Shown here piece after piece: positions 25,956 through 40,100 of a stretch of DNA of 64,000 nucleotides (its first letter is position 1; every line of letters begins with the position of its first letter). The position numbers and the translations under genes are program-made. The stretch is from Octopus bimaculoides (lineage: Eukaryota), in contig NC_068995.1 in NCBI RefSeq assembly GCF_001194135.2, positions 2,089,424 through 2,153,423 of the forward strand, given 5' to 3'. The notes beneath the pieces were generated by a model. It saw only the letters and a list, made by a program, of their open reading frames with translations. It was not told the DNA's origin and made no database searches.

Positions 25956-26920
25956 GTCGTTGATAGTGTGTGGGAGAACGCATTGCATTGCTCCATTTAC
26001 CAATTCCATAAACATCACCACATCACGTCCGTCTCTACCTGCCAATTTCTTCACAGAATCTTAACCTCATTAACAAATCTTCATTAACACTTATTATAAT
26101 TGCCGCTTTGACATCTGCAGGAGAAGCAGCTGCTGCTACTCCTGCTGCTACAACTACCGTCACCCTCACTAATGTTACTACTTCCACCACCACCACCACC
26201 ACCACTATAACACCACCATTATCACCACACCAACTCTACTACTACTACTAATACTTCTACTACTACTACGACTACTACTACCACCACCACCACCACAATC
26301 ACCACCTTCACCACCATTATCACCACACCAACTCTACTACTACTACTACTACTACTACTACTGGTAGTAGTAGTAGTAGTAGTATTCCTATACTCAGTGT
26401 TGTTACCTGTAGGGAGAGGCATTTGAAACTGCCACCTTCACGTTTGCACATTTATATCAGCCGTGGAATAAGTCGAACATCGAATGGGCGGAGGTTTATA
26501 CACACAACAATTAATATACTTATATTCACAGACACACACATATCTATATACACTACTCACACATGTGTATGTATATATACACAAAATTGAAGTAAAAATT
26601 CTGATATACATACTTATTATTTATGCGTATACAGACATATAAGTATGTTAATTGTGTCTAGGCATACACACACATAATCACATATACGTTCATATATATT
26701 TTTACATGTATGCATGCATGTATATTTATGTGTGTGTGTGTGTGTGTGTGTGTACACTCATACATACATGCATGCACACACATATATATATATGTATATA
26801 TATATGCACACATATATGTATGTATATATATGCTTGTGTGTATGTATATATATAAATATATATATATATATTATACACACACACACACGCATATACACAC
26901 ACACACACACATATATATGC

Positions 26921-26957
<37 letters not shown>

Positions 26958-27302
26958 CATATATATGCACACACATCTTCACTGCTTTAACGTTCCCTTT
27001 TCCATGCTTGCATGGGTCAGATGGAATTTGTTGAAGCAGATTTTCTACGGCTGGATGCCCTTCCTGTCACTGACCCTTGCCTGCTTCTGAACAAGGTAAT
27101 ATCTTCTCCCCATGGTCAGATGTGCTCTTTCCAGAAGACTGGAAAAGGACAGCCTTGCTTGTAAAACGATGATTCTCATTTACAAACATCACATGATGTC
27201 TAGACATGGATAGACACGAACACGCACACATACACACACATATATATGTACATATACATACACACATAGATATGTATATATATGTATACACACACACACA
27301 CA

Positions 27303-27710
27303 TTCTTTTATTCTTTTATATGTAGCAGTCATTTGACTGCAGCCATGCTGGAGCATCACCTTGAAGGATGTTAGTGGAACAAATCGACCCCAGGATTTAT
27401 TTTTTAAGCCTAGTACTTATTCCATTGGTCTGTTTTGCTGAACTGCTAGGTAACAGGGACATGGGCTCATTAACGTCAGTTGTTGAGCGGCCATGGGGCG
27501 GTTATAAACACAGACATAAAGGCACACACACATAGATATGCACATATATATGACGGGCTTCTTTCAGTTTCCATCTACCCAGTCCACTCAAAGGCTTTGG
27601 TTGGCCCATGGCTATGGTAGAAGACACACGCCCAAGGTGCCATGCAGTGGGACTGTGCCCGGAACCATGTGGTTGGGAAGCATGCTTCTTACCACATGGC
27701 CATGCCTGTG
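27303..27710 (-). mobile_element. SINE family 1, near full length (tRNA-like head, internal microsatellite, tail)
   Basis: Minus strand: A/B-box-like head (GGCCATGTGGTAAGAAGCATGCTTCCCAACCACATGGTTCCGGGCACAGTCCC), GGAAACTGAAAGAAGCCCGTC, microsatellite, tail ending GCTCCAGCATGGCTGCAGTCAAATGACTG..AAAAGAATAAAAGA. Confidence 0.8.
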
Positions 27711-28479
27711 CATGTGTATAAATATATGTGTGTGTGTGTGTGTGTTATGAATGATGGGCTTTTGTTTCCATCTACTAAAACATACACACAGGGTACCATA
27801 CAATAGAATTGAACCCAAGAACACATGGTTACGAAGTGAAGTTGTTAATCAAAAAGTCACACTTGCACCTATACATATGTCATCATCATCATCAGCATTG
27901 TTTTAATGTCCACTTTTCCATGCTGGCATGGATCAAATTTATTGATGCAGCTTGTCTTTGGCTGGATGCTTTTCCTGTCACCAACCCTTGTTTCCAAGCA
28001 ACGCAATATTTTCCCACGACCAGGCAATGTTTGCAGTGAATGTTGGAAATCAATGTCAAGCATTTACAACAATCATGTGATATCAAGACAAGGTGAAGCA
28101 AAGGCACACATGCTCACACTCACATACATACATACATACACACACACACATACATACATACATGAGGATATAGTAAATGACATTTGCCCATGGTGCCATG
28201 CAGTGGGACAGAACCTTGGCCCATGAGGTTGGGAAGAAAACATCAGCCAAATGGTTAAGTTGCTACCTTCTTCACAATCCCAATGATTAGGTTTGATTTT
28301 CCTTTCATTGCTCTGTCACTGAGTCAAGCAGATACTTTCCTGGAAGTCTTTAATTAACTTGAAGATTTTGTCATTCATTGAATCAAACAACTGAATATTG
28401 GTTGTCGAAATCAATAAATATTATATATATAATGAGTATTATATATACAATTGTTATATAAGATGAGTCGATGTCAGTG

Positions 28480-28760
28480 TTACCTGACTGGCTCCCCATG
28501 CCAGTGGCACGTAAAAAACACCATCTGAATGTGGTTAATGTCAGTGCTACCTGACTGGCTCCTGTGCTGGTGGCACGTAAAAAAGCACCCACTACACTCT
28601 CGGAGTGGTTGGTGTTAGGAAGGGCATCCAGCTGTAGAAACCTTGCTAGATCAGATTGGAGCCTGGTGCAGCCTTCTGGCTTGCTAGTCCCCAGTCAAAC
28701 AGTCCAATGCATACCAGCATGGAAAGCAGACATTAAACGATGATGATGGTGATGATAATG
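28480..28760 (+). mobile_element. Abundant LINE/SINE 3'-tail element ending in (GAT)n
   Basis: GAGTGGTTGGTGTTAGGAAGGGCATCCAGCTGTAGAAACCTTG..GGAGCCTGGTGCAGCC..CCAGCATGGAAAGCAGACATTAAACGATGATGAT. Other copies lie at about 2725-2895(+), 7345-7475(-), 7495-7795(+), 26985-27130(-), 27900-28030(-), 52993-53185(+), 54560-54700(-), 56812-57125(-), 62980-63160(-) and 63735-64000(-). Confidence 0.75.
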
Positions 28761-29028
28761 ATGATGATGATAACAATGATATTAAACAAATTGTTAAAAA
28801 CCTACAGTATGCAAATTAGTAGCTCCAGTTCTCTGAAGTTACTGGATTTGTTGCATATATAGACAGATTAGCTGCTTATTTCTCTAGGATTAGGCTAGTG
28901 AGGTAAACACCACTGATAAGACCCCAATAAGGTCTGAAAATCAACTAAGGTTGTTCATCTTTTTTTTTTTTCTATGAAGAAATAGTTAAATTTTCTATGT
29001 TTGCATATCTATCATGTATGTTTGTGAT

Positions 29029-29126
<98 letters not shown>

Positions 29127-29446
29127 CTTATTAATTTATAAGTATATATTAATTTACATAAACTTTAATATATTAATCAATTTATATATGTATACATATG
29201 ATCTATTAATGTGTGTATAACATGTGTCCATACATACACACACAACTATATTTATTTATATCAATATGATATCTATATAACCACAGGTGTAGGTGTGTCA
29301 TAAAAATTATTTTCCAAAAGACATCACTGCAGGTTCAGTCCCACTGCATGGTAACTTGGGGAAGTGTTCTCTAGTATAGTCTTGGGTCAACCAAAACTTT
29401 TTGAGTGGATTTGTCAACAGAAATTGGAAGAAGCCCATTGTGTGTG

Positions 29447-29503
<57 letters not shown>

Positions 29504-29520
29504 GTGTGTGTGTGTGTATG

Positions 29521-29570
<50 letters not shown>

Positions 29571-29714
29571 AATACATACACATGTACCCATATGTGGGTG
29601 TGTATGTTACTGTCTCCTTGTGATGACATTGCATGATAGTTGTGTCACCAATCTGCTGTAAAAACATGTCTGGTCATGGGGAAATATCACTGTGTTTGGT
29701 TAATAGAAGGGTTA

Positions 29715-30051
29715 ACAGTCAGTGCCTAACGTATGGTCAGTACAATTCTGAGGCAGTAGTTTATGAAGCAGAGGTTGTGTCCAATACATGGAAATATGTT
29801 GGAGCAATGGAGGGTACCTTTAAACAACAGGTCCTTTTTAAGATCCCAGAGAGGCGCACTGTTACAACATTAACAGCTATATATATGGCGATTAAAAGAA
29901 GAGGGGATGCCATACAAAATTAACTGGGGGCTGGTGGAATAATCTAGGTCATACCTCAATGGGAGCAACACAGTGCAAACTTTGCTTGACCGAGAGGACA
30001 ATAATTGTAATAGATTCATGTGATCCAGGTGCCTTGAATTCAAAAAGTGAA
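29715..30051 (+). mobile_element. Penelope-like element GIY-YIG endonuclease relic
   Basis: CLT..EAVVYEAEVVSNTWKYVGAMEGTFKQ, then after a frameshift GATQCKLCLTERTIIVIDSCDPGALNSKSE, matching the Penelope C-terminal pattern VVYxA..YxGxTEGxFKxR..CxLCLxE..LNxRSE. Confidence 0.8.
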
Positions 30052-30353
30052 GATTTAGCTGATGGTCTCATATCTTCAGAGCCAAAATCCCAGTCCATCT
30101 GTGACACACTGACCACTGGAAAAGTGACATACCTGTTGGAGTATACAAGAATATTAAGGAACTATCACACCCTCTGTTTTTTATGTTTGGGGCATACATA
30201 CACAGGTGTACATGGATGTAAGCATATAAACACACACAAATATTCTGCAATTCATGCACAAGTACCCAGATTTTCTCCTAAAAATGCTCCTGATTAAAAA
30301 ATGTTTAATGTAGAAGAAAACATTCATATATGTATGTGCATATATATACATAC

Positions 30354-30409
<56 letters not shown>

Positions 30410-30510
30410 TAATAGATAGATAGATAGATTGATTGATTGTTTGATGGATTGGTTGATAGATAGATAGATAGATTAAGACAAATAGAGACAGATGCTTTAA
30501 TAGATAGATA

Positions 30511-30564
<54 letters not shown>

Positions 30565-30904
30565 CACACACGCACATATCTACACATATTGTTTACTACT
30601 TCACTGGATCCGCTATATATTAGCCTTGTAGGATTTAAAATTTTCATCTCATCATTAATTATGTTTAAAGTTGCCTGAAGGCATTCATTTGAATCGGCTT
30701 GAAACTCCACTTACAAATCTATGAACATTTAAATTCACATTTAACACACAGACATACAAACACATTTATATATGTATATATGTATATGTATATCTATATA
30801 TATATAGTTTAAAAATATAGCAAAATAAAATAAAATACGAAAACAGGTTAAAGAGCAACAAACAAACAAGGTGTATTAATTCGACACTGAGGAAAAATAG
30901 AATG

Positions 30905-30947
<43 letters not shown>

Positions 30948-31047
30948 NNNNNNNNNNNNNNNNNNNNNNNNNNNNNNNNNNNNNNNNNNNNNNNNNNNNN
31001 NNNNNNNNNNNNNNNNNNNNNNNNNNNNNNNNNNNNNNNNNNNNNNN

Positions 31048-31092
<45 letters not shown>

Positions 31093-32261
31093 AATGTATA
31101 TACATGCATACTTTTATGTGTGTGTGTGTGTGTGCATGTATGTTATTCTACATAAAGAATATAATGAAATGGTTTAGAGATTTAATAATTATAATTATTT
31201 CAGTTCAATCAGAATTTAATAATAGCAATTATTCTTAACTAGAGTTTACATTAATTAATTATAATGAGATTAATGTAGCTTAAGTGTAAATGTATTACAA
31301 TGTACGATATTGTACAGAGTAGATGTTGGATACACCTTGCCTGGCAGGGTGGTCACAAATGGAATGGTCATCTTGCTCAAGGTTTGGTTGGAGGACATAC
31401 ACACATACATACATACATATATAACTGATACATACATATGTATCATCATCATCATCATCATCACATATGTATGTGTGTGTATAATTTTCTCCTCTCTATC
31501 TATCTATCTATACACACACACATACATACATACACACCTATATTTCTACTTATGAATCTATTTAGCTATCTACAAAGTTGTCTTTGCATCGTATCGCTCC
31601 GTAAGTCTCTCTCTCTCTCTCTCTCCCTCCCCTCTCTCTCTTTCTTTCTCTCCCCCTCTCTCTCTTCCTTTCAATCCATTCTCTCTTTCTCTATTTATCC
31701 ATCTATCTATTTATCAATGTGTGTGTATGTGTATGAACTCACCCATGCACATGCATACATGCCATTGTGTATTGCTGCATGTTGGCATATGTAATTATCC
31801 GTATATAAAAGTATGTGTGTGTGTTTGTGAGTGTGTGTATGTGTGGGTGTGTATAAGTATTTATATACTTCTATACAATAATGTTTACACACACAAATAA
31901 TTGAAGTGTTCCAATTACACTTGGCTGAGTAGTGGTGGGTTGGATAAGTTTGTAAAGTTAGGAGAGACCCTCTTGGCAGCAGTCCAAGATGATCAGCTAC
32001 AATTTGGCAGGGGCAATATCTTACACAAAGGCATCTTTCCCTCATATAGTCAGCATTTTATAGTAGATGATGGGGAAGGCCCTGTTCTTGGTGTTGCTGG
32101 CACCATTCTTTAATTTTCCTGCTGCAAGTAAATCACTTGGCACCTTTAAGGTTTTTTATGTACTTTGGTTGTATGAAAGAGCTTATTGCTCATATGTTTA
32201 GTTATCTCGGATGGATCAGGGCTGGGGAGAGCAGATTTACTGCCAAAAGTGCAGAGGATTG

Positions 32262-32720
32262 ACACGAGCAGCAGAACATTGAGGAAAATGTCGTGCAGTG
32301 TTTATTCCCGCATTCTACATTCTGAGTTCAAATCCTGCCTGAGTCAGTTTTGCTCTCGATCTCTTCAAGGTCGATAAAGCAAATCAATAGCCTTGTATTA
32401 GGATTGATTTAATCAACTAACCTCCCCCCCTCCTCAGTATTTCTTGTCTTGTATAAAAGGTGGTAAACTTACACAATCATTAGCACATCAGGCAAAATGC
32501 TTTGCATCATTTTGCCCATCTTAATGCGGCGAGCTGGCTAAATCGTTAGCACACCGGGCAAAATGCTTAGCGGTATTTTGTCTGTCTTTACATTCAGAGT
32601 TCAAATTCCACCAAGGTCGACTTTTCCTTTCATCCTTTTGGGGGTCAATAAATTAAGTACCAGTTATACACTGGGGTCGATGTAATCGATTTGTCCCCTC
32701 CCCAACAATTTCAGATATTG
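32262..32720 (+). mobile_element. Cluster of SINE family 2 copies (one near complete at 32525-32720)
   Basis: GGCGAGCTGGCTAAATCGTTAGCACACCGGGCAAAATGCTTAGCGG..CAGAGTTCAAATTCCACCAAGGTCGAC..; degenerate heads at about 32262 and 32475. Other copies lie near 18490-18650, 36700-36815, 50450-50615 and 58470-58690. Confidence 0.7.
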
Positions 32721-32984
32721 GTAGTAGTTGCTAGTGGTGGTGTTAGTGATAGTGATGATGGTTGTGCTAGTGGTATTGGTGGTAGTTGTGGTTGTATTAC
32801 TAGTAGTGGCAGTTTAGTCCAGGTGATAGCTGTGACAGTAGTAGTAGTAGTAGTAGTAAATGTAGGTGTAGTGTTGGTGGTGGCGGTAGTGGTAGCAGGT
32901 GATGTACTTCAGCACAAGCTGTACGTAATGTTTTTCCGATAAATATTAATAAATCTTTTATAGATATTAAAACCACCACCACTC

Positions 32985-33325
32985 ATCATCATCATCATCA
33001 TCATCACCACCATCATCGTAAACATCACTACCTTTCATAATCATCATTGTCATCATCGTCATCATCATCATAATCATCATCGCCATCATCATCATAATCA
33101 TCATCATCATTATCATAATCATCATCATCGTCATCATCATCATCAAAATCATCATCATCAAAATCATCATCGTCATCATCATCAACATCGTCATCATTAT
33201 CATCATCATCATCACCACCACCATCATAAGCATCACTACCTTTCATAATCATCATCATCATTGTCGTTGCTGTCATCATCACTGTCACCACCACCACCAC
33301 CACCACCACCACCATCATCATTATC
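32985..33325. repeat. (CAT)n-rich microsatellite
   Basis: Visible; explains the poly-M and poly-D ORFs. Confidence 0.95.
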
Positions 33326-33638
33326 ATTGTTTTAACCTGCCTGCTTCTGTTTTTCCTTTTTCCTCCTTTCTGCCTTGGGTTACATCCTTGTTCTTCCATA
33401 CATAACGTTGCCCCTTGGTCTCATTCTGTGATCCACTTGTTCTGTGGGGGCCACACTGTCGTGAGTTCTAATCCCATCCCTTTCCCTGCAGCCCATGTCC
33501 TTCTCAGTCTCTCCCCTCACACGGCTCCTTCAACCTCCACTGCCCCTCCTCAGCATTCTTCCCACCATCGTGCATTCTCCGTGCGCTGTAATTATCTTCT
33601 GCACTCATCATCATGTATGTTAATATAACAGCCTAATT

Positions 33639-33674
<36 letters not shown>

Positions 33675-33870
33675 GGGAGAGAAAGAGAGAGAGAGAGCAG
33701 GGAAGGGAGCAAGGGAGAGTGAGACAAATAGAGAGAAAGAAAGAGAGAGAGAAAGAAAGAGAGAGAGAGAGCAAGGGAGGGAACAAGAAAGAGTGAGACA
33801 AATAGAGAGAGAGAGAGAGGGAAAGAGAGACACACACACAAACACACACACACACACAGAGGAAGAAAAT

Positions 33871-33908
<38 letters not shown>

Positions 33909-34781
33909 AAGAAATGAAAATGGTTGTTGATGTTGTTTTGTCATTTCTGATTTGGCAGACTCCTGGTTAAAGGCTTTCCAATGATGACCACCCCATCTTT
34001 TATTCAAACATAGATTGAATAAAATCATTATCTTTTATGTAAACGTGTCCTTCCATATTTTTAAGCTGGATGTGATTTAAGGGATTTCTGGCAGCTATTT
34101 CTAGCAGATCACACACCATCAGGAACCTGCTTCGTTTACTCTCTCTCTTTTCAAGGTTAATTAAATAAGCACCAATTAAATGCTGAGGGTTAATTATGCT
34201 ATCTTAAATTGACATTCCTTTGAGTAAATTGATGGTCTTGTAATCACAGAGGGAGGGACAATGCCCATAGCTTTTTGTACATGCTCTGAACCTGGTGGAT
34301 AGCAACGGTGACTGTCCTGCTGGTTGGAGGGCTTTGAGTTGTCTTTTATCTTTTATTTCTTTCAGTCATTGGACTACGACCATGCTGGGGCACCACCCTG
34401 ATGGGTTTAGTCAAACAAATTGACCTTGGTACTTAACTTTTAGGGTCAAGAGCTGGTGTTTTACCATTCTCTTTTGGTGAACTGGGGATATAAACAAACC
34501 ATCAGCAGTTGTCAAGTGGTGATGAGGAACAAGCATAAAGACACACAGACACACATGCACACACACACAAATAACAAACACACACACATGCCAAGTCCTT
34601 TCCAACCAGGACATCATCCCTCTGGAATTTCCTTCCTTCGCATCACTTTCCTGCAAGAATTGACTTGCAACAGTTTCAATCAATGTTCTTTGACCATTTT
34701 TTAACCTAAAGATCATTTTGATTCTTATTTTACTCTTGTGGCCCCCTCTTATAAGATATATGATAGAGAAACAATTCTTAA

Positions 34782-35003
34782 CCCTTTTGATACCAACCCG
34801 GCTGAAACCACTTCTGGCTCTGTAGTTCAAATGTCTTGTTTTCATAAGTTTTGAATTAAAATCTTCCACCAAACCTTCGTCACAACTTATGCTCCTAACC
34901 CTAGCTTAATGATAACTAAGTTGTTTTACTAAATTCTTTGTTATATCTAAAATTAATTGAAAGAAACACAGAACATCTCAAAATAAGTATGGTTACGAAA
35001 GTG
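34782..35003. mobile_element. TTAA-flanked piggyBac-like MITE (family A)
   Basis: TTAA at 34778-34781 followed by CCCTTTTG; CGAAAGTG followed by TTAA at 35004-35007. Confidence 0.6.
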
Positions 35004-35389
35004 TTAAGGGTTTTGTGCCCGTCAGTTGAGAACCATTGGTCTAAATGGAACATTAATGGTCCCAACTTGAGAGGCTTTGCAAATGCTATAGGCACTGCTC
35101 CCTTCCTCTAAGGATCTCCCATGTTAAAAAAAAAGAACAAACCCCAAAACTTTGCATTCATGTACTTTTGGGTTCAGTCCCACTGCAAGGCACCTTGGGC
35201 ATATAAGGAAAAGGTAGGATGATCACAGTCAGAATGTCTTTCATCATGGGCATGGTGGATCAACGCTGTTCCCCGCCACACACCAAAAGCTAAATGACAA
35301 CAACAACAACAACAACCATAGGTGGTTAGGGATTGGTGAGGTGGAGGTGTGTGTGCTATAACAACAAGTTAAAGTGTTACATGTTTGAG

Positions 35390-35740
35390 ATAATTGGTTT
35401 GTTGGGTGGCTAGACAGGTGGCTAGCTGAATAGTGAGCTGGGTGGCTGGGTAATGAGCTGGGTGGCTGAGTGGTGAGCTGGGTGGCTGAGTGGTGAGCTG
35501 GGTGGTTAGGTGGTGAGCTGGGTGGGTGACCAGCTGAGCGACTGGGTGGCTGGGTGGCCATCTGAGTGACTAGGTAGTTTGCTGGGAGGCTCACCGACTA
35601 GCCGGGTGGCTAACCAGGTGGCTAGGTTGCTAGCTGAGTGGCTGGGTGGCCAGCTGGGTGGCTCAGTGGCTAACCAGATGGCTGGGTAGCTAGCTAGATT
35701 GCTGAGTGACTGGTTGGCTTAGGGGCTAACTGGGTGGCTG
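35390..35740. repeat. Degenerate G/T-rich minisatellite, core GAGCTGGGTGGCTGAGTGGT (20 bp)
   Basis: Near-perfect 20-bp units at about 35435-35525, degenerating outward. Confidence 0.8.
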
Positions 35741-35905
35741 TGTGGAATATGAATACCGCAGCCTCTTTATCTCATCAACCATCATTCAATTATCTTTTTC
35801 AATTAATTTTTGTTTGCTATCTTATTGATTGATTTATTTATTTTTGTTGTTTTTTGTGATAGGAGCTTTACTTTGCATTTTCGATTTTCCATATCGTCAA
35901 TAAAG

Positions 35906-35946
<41 letters not shown>

Positions 35947-36269
35947 AACCACCACCACTACCACTACAATATCACTATAGCCACAAGCAGACCACAAAAG
36001 CACCCCACCCATCATATCAATTGTTACCACTTCCTGCATCTCAGTACTTCTACCACTACCCTGACTACGTCACCCATCACCATACTACTACATGCACTCT
36101 ATCTTCACACCTCTACAATACATCCGACTATACTGTCAAAGCCATAACCACATTACTATATCCATATCCACAACCACTCATAATTAATACACCAATATAA
36201 CATCTACCACTCTACTATGGTCACCACCATATTACTATAAGTACTACAACATTACTANNNNNNNNNNAC

Positions 36270-36302
<33 letters not shown>

Positions 36303-36982
36303 AACCACCACCACTACCACTACAATATCACTATAGCCACAAGCAGACCACAAAAGCACCCCACCCATCATATCAATTGTTACCACTTCCTGCATCTCAG
36401 TACTTCTACCACTACCCTGACTACGTCACCCATCACCATACTACTACATGCACTCTATCTTCACACCTCTACAATACATCCGACTATACTGTCAAAGCCA
36501 TAACCACATTACTATATCCATATCCACAACCACTCATAATTAATACACCAATATAACATCTACCACTCTACTATGGTCACCACCATATTACTATAAGTAC
36601 TACAACATTACTAAAGCCACTACTGCACTACTACAGCTGCTACCAACTTCACTACTGTACACTCAGCTACAATAATATTTCAGCCACCACTCCAGGCAGT
36701 GAACAGGCAGAATGGTTAGCACACCAGGTAAAGTGCTATGTGGCACTTCATCCGGCATTATGTTCTGAGTTCAAATTCTGCCAAGGTCAACTTTGCCTTT
36801 CATCCTTTCAGGGTTCATGAGGTGGTTAAAATATGGGCTTCAAATTTTGGCACAAGGCCAGCAATTTCATGTGAGGAAGCTGATTAGATCAACCCCAGTG
36901 CCCAACTGGTACTTACTTTATTGATTCTAGTGATCAATGAAGATCAACTGGAAAATCTAGTCTGAAGATCTTTTCAGCTTCA

Positions 36983-37198
36983 CCCTTTAGGATCTAAATG
37001 AACCGTATCTGGCCAAAATATTCTGTTTTTATGTTCAGACTGGCTCGATCTGGCCTCTCATACCAACCCTACAATGCCATTCCAAAAATTAACTGGCACC
37101 TCATCAAAATCTCAAAGCTATGAGATAACGCATGATCAATTAAAACAAGGAGACTAAACAATCATTTCATTTGAGAGAGTAACATAAATGGCAAAGGG
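36983..37198 (-). mobile_element. piggyBac-like MITE (family B), opposite orientation to 47799-48020
   Basis: CCCTTTAG ... GCAAAGGG-TTAA; interior is a diverged reverse complement of 47799-48020. Confidence 0.6.
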
Positions 37199-40100
37199 TT
37201 AAAACTACGAACAACTGGCAGAAATTTTAAAACTGGCAGTGCTACCAAAGACATTTCTGGTTCAGGGTAAATGTTACCTGCACAGCAATGCCATCAGTTT
37301 GGTTTGTCTAAGATGCTCACAAGATGCTGAAACCGTCTTGCATGTGTTCATTTAGTGTCCAAGTATTGTTGACTTGTGGAGTTTTGTTGAACAGCTGTCG
37401 TATCGGATAAATATGGTTTTTAGCTGAATCATCTTGAGAATTGCACTGCTGCCTTGCTTTGGAATGGCAAATAGTTTTTCTTTCTCTGATGGTTGTAGCA
37501 AAAGATATGGGAGGACATAACTGAAAGAACTGAGGTCATTCACTTTCGTCTCATGCCTAGTTTTTATTATTTATGTTATTTTTTCTTTATATTCATAAGA
37601 GAAAGTATAGGGTTGTGAGATCCCTTTAGCTCTGTCCCACCACAGTTTATTCAGTCTCCCTAGTCTGGATGCCACAAAATGCACCTAGTACATTGTTTAG
37701 AGTGGTTGGGGCTAAGAAAGGTATCCAGCCATAGAAACCAAGTCAAATGACTCGTATGTGTACCAGTCTCTGGAAGCAGCAGCCTCCGATGAGAAATGAT
37801 TTCAACTGTGATGACAACCTGTCCAACCCATGCTGACGAGGGGTGCAAACATAAAATGATGGTGACGATGTTAACGATGACAATGACGGTGGTGGTGGTG
37901 ATGATGATGATGATGATGATGACAATGGTGATGATGCCCATGATGAAAACAGCGATGATGATGACGATGACAATGATCATGATGATAATGATGATGATTG
38001 TTATTTTCATGTGCATTGCATTTGCGAGAGCAAGACTACCAAACGAGGATCTGAGTAACTTGGTGCAAAATTTATATAAGAAGTAACATCACAACATCAG
38101 TGTTTTTTTGCTTTTCCTCAGTTATTTCACCAATGTTTAAATCCTTTGCTAATGGTCATCGGAAATTTTGCCATAAACATTTTTGCCGCAGGAAAATTCA
38201 CTGAGAAATTTTACTGCAGGAAAATTCACCGTAAAAAAGAATAAATCTGCAGCAAAATGTGCATTATTTGTGCAGCATTACTTGGAATTTTCATGTTTTT
38301 GAATGACCTCATTACATTTTTTTTTATGTTTGTCATTGAATAAAGACTTGACTATTTAATTCTTTTATAAAANNNNNNNNNNNNNNNNNNNNNNNNNNNN
38401 NNNNNNNNNNNNNNNNNNNNNNNNNNNNNNNNNNNNNNNNNNNNNNNNNNNNNNNNNNNNNNNNNNNNNNNNNNNNNNNNNNNNNNNNNNNNNNNNNNNN
38501 NNNNNNNNNNNNNNNNNNNNNNNNNNNNNNNNNNNNNNNNNNNNNNNNNNNNNNNNNNNNNNNNNNNNNNNNNNNNNNNNNNNNNNNNNNNNNNNNNNNN
38601 NNNNNNNNNNNNNNNNNNNNNNNNNNNNNNNNNNNNNNNNNNNNNNNNNNNNNNNNNNNNNNNNNNNNNNNNNNNNNNNNNNNNNNNNNNNNNNNNNNNN
38701 NNNNNNNNNNNNNNNNNNNNNNNNNNNNNNNNNNNNNNNNNNNNNNNNNNNNNNNNNNNNNNNNNNNNNNNNNNNNNNNNNNNNNNNNNNNNNNNNNNNN
38801 NNNNNNNNNNNNNNNNNNNNNNNNNNNNNNNNNNNNNNNNNNNNNNNNNNNNNNNNNNNNNNNNNNNNNNNNNNNNNNNNNNNNNNNNNNNNNNNNNNNN
38901 NNNNNNNNNNNNNNNNNNNNNNNNNNNNNNNNNNNNNNNNNNNNNNNNNNNNNNNNNNNNNNNNNNNNNNNNNNNNNNNNNNNNNNNNNNNNNNNNNNNN
39001 NNNNNNNNNNNNNNNNNNNNNNNNNNNNNNNNNNNNNNNNNNNNNNNNNNNNNNNNNNNNNNNNNNNNNNNNNNNNNNNNNNNNNGGGGGAGGGGGGGGG
39101 TCAATGAAATCAACAAAATCTCCGTCTTTCAAGATTAGTAGTGTTGTGCTAATACAGGGATTCCTTATGGCATCTGTGTCTCTGTGATGTAGAGTCGCTC
39201 ACACCATTGTTGTTGTTTAAGCAAGACTATGATCAAAGGTGTTCCAACCATGCCAGCCCATCCTCGTTTGTTTTCTTCTATATCTATTTTTTGTTTTGCT
39301 TCGTCAGGCATGTTATCACTCCCTTACATGTTTACTTTTTTTATCATTTCCTTATTCCAGTCATTGGGCTATGGCCATGCAGGAGCACTGCCTTGTATGG
39401 TTAATCAAAAAAATCAATCCCAGTATTTATTTTAAGTTAGTGGTATCATGGTACAAGGTCTTCCACACAGTATCCCTAATGCTCCAATTTGCACCACCAA
39501 ACCTAAATACTGTAACTGTTAATTTAGTTAATGGTAAGGAACTAACTCTCCCCACCCCCTACATTATCATCAATGTAGAAACCATTATTTGAGTCAGTGC
39601 TATGCTACAACGGGAGCGGGGGGGGGGGGGTGTTCTAACACAATACCATCAGCATGGTAACAATTGATTAAAAACTGCAATATTGAACATGAAGATCGTG
39701 TATGCATTGAATAAGAATTTGGTGGAAGTTGTTAACATGATTCCTGCAACTGTTATCTCTTTGATTATGTGGATCGTTTGAAGAAATTCCCTGATATTCA
39801 AACAAAAAGACACAGTGGTGATAGGAAATAGATCTGCTTCCTTTGGAGGCTCCGTTTGATCAGCCCCAACCAAACAGCTTAACCTGTCACTTTCTGAGGG
39901 TCATGAACACATTCAGGACTGAGGGTCAGGCATAAGCTTAAGGCTAGGACTAAGGATATGCTTTGTGTTATTAAATTTAGGGATCATTATTAGAGTTAGG
40001 AATAGGGTTAGGAATTGATATATGAGGCTTAGTTTGCAAAAATATTTGTAAGCCTATCTCTGTTGGAATTTATTCTTTTCCTCTCTCTCTCTCTCTCAGG

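Noticed and set aside
31900-32115. Possible Tc1 N-terminal relic (PRTGPS..ADHLG) on the minus strand
   Set aside because: Similarity too weak to support without a search.
35906-36613. About 350-bp perfect tandem duplication around a 10-N gap (36258-36267)
   Set aside because: Identical copies on either side of a tiny gap starting in an (ACT)n tract are typical of unmerged contig overlap; probably an assembly artefact.
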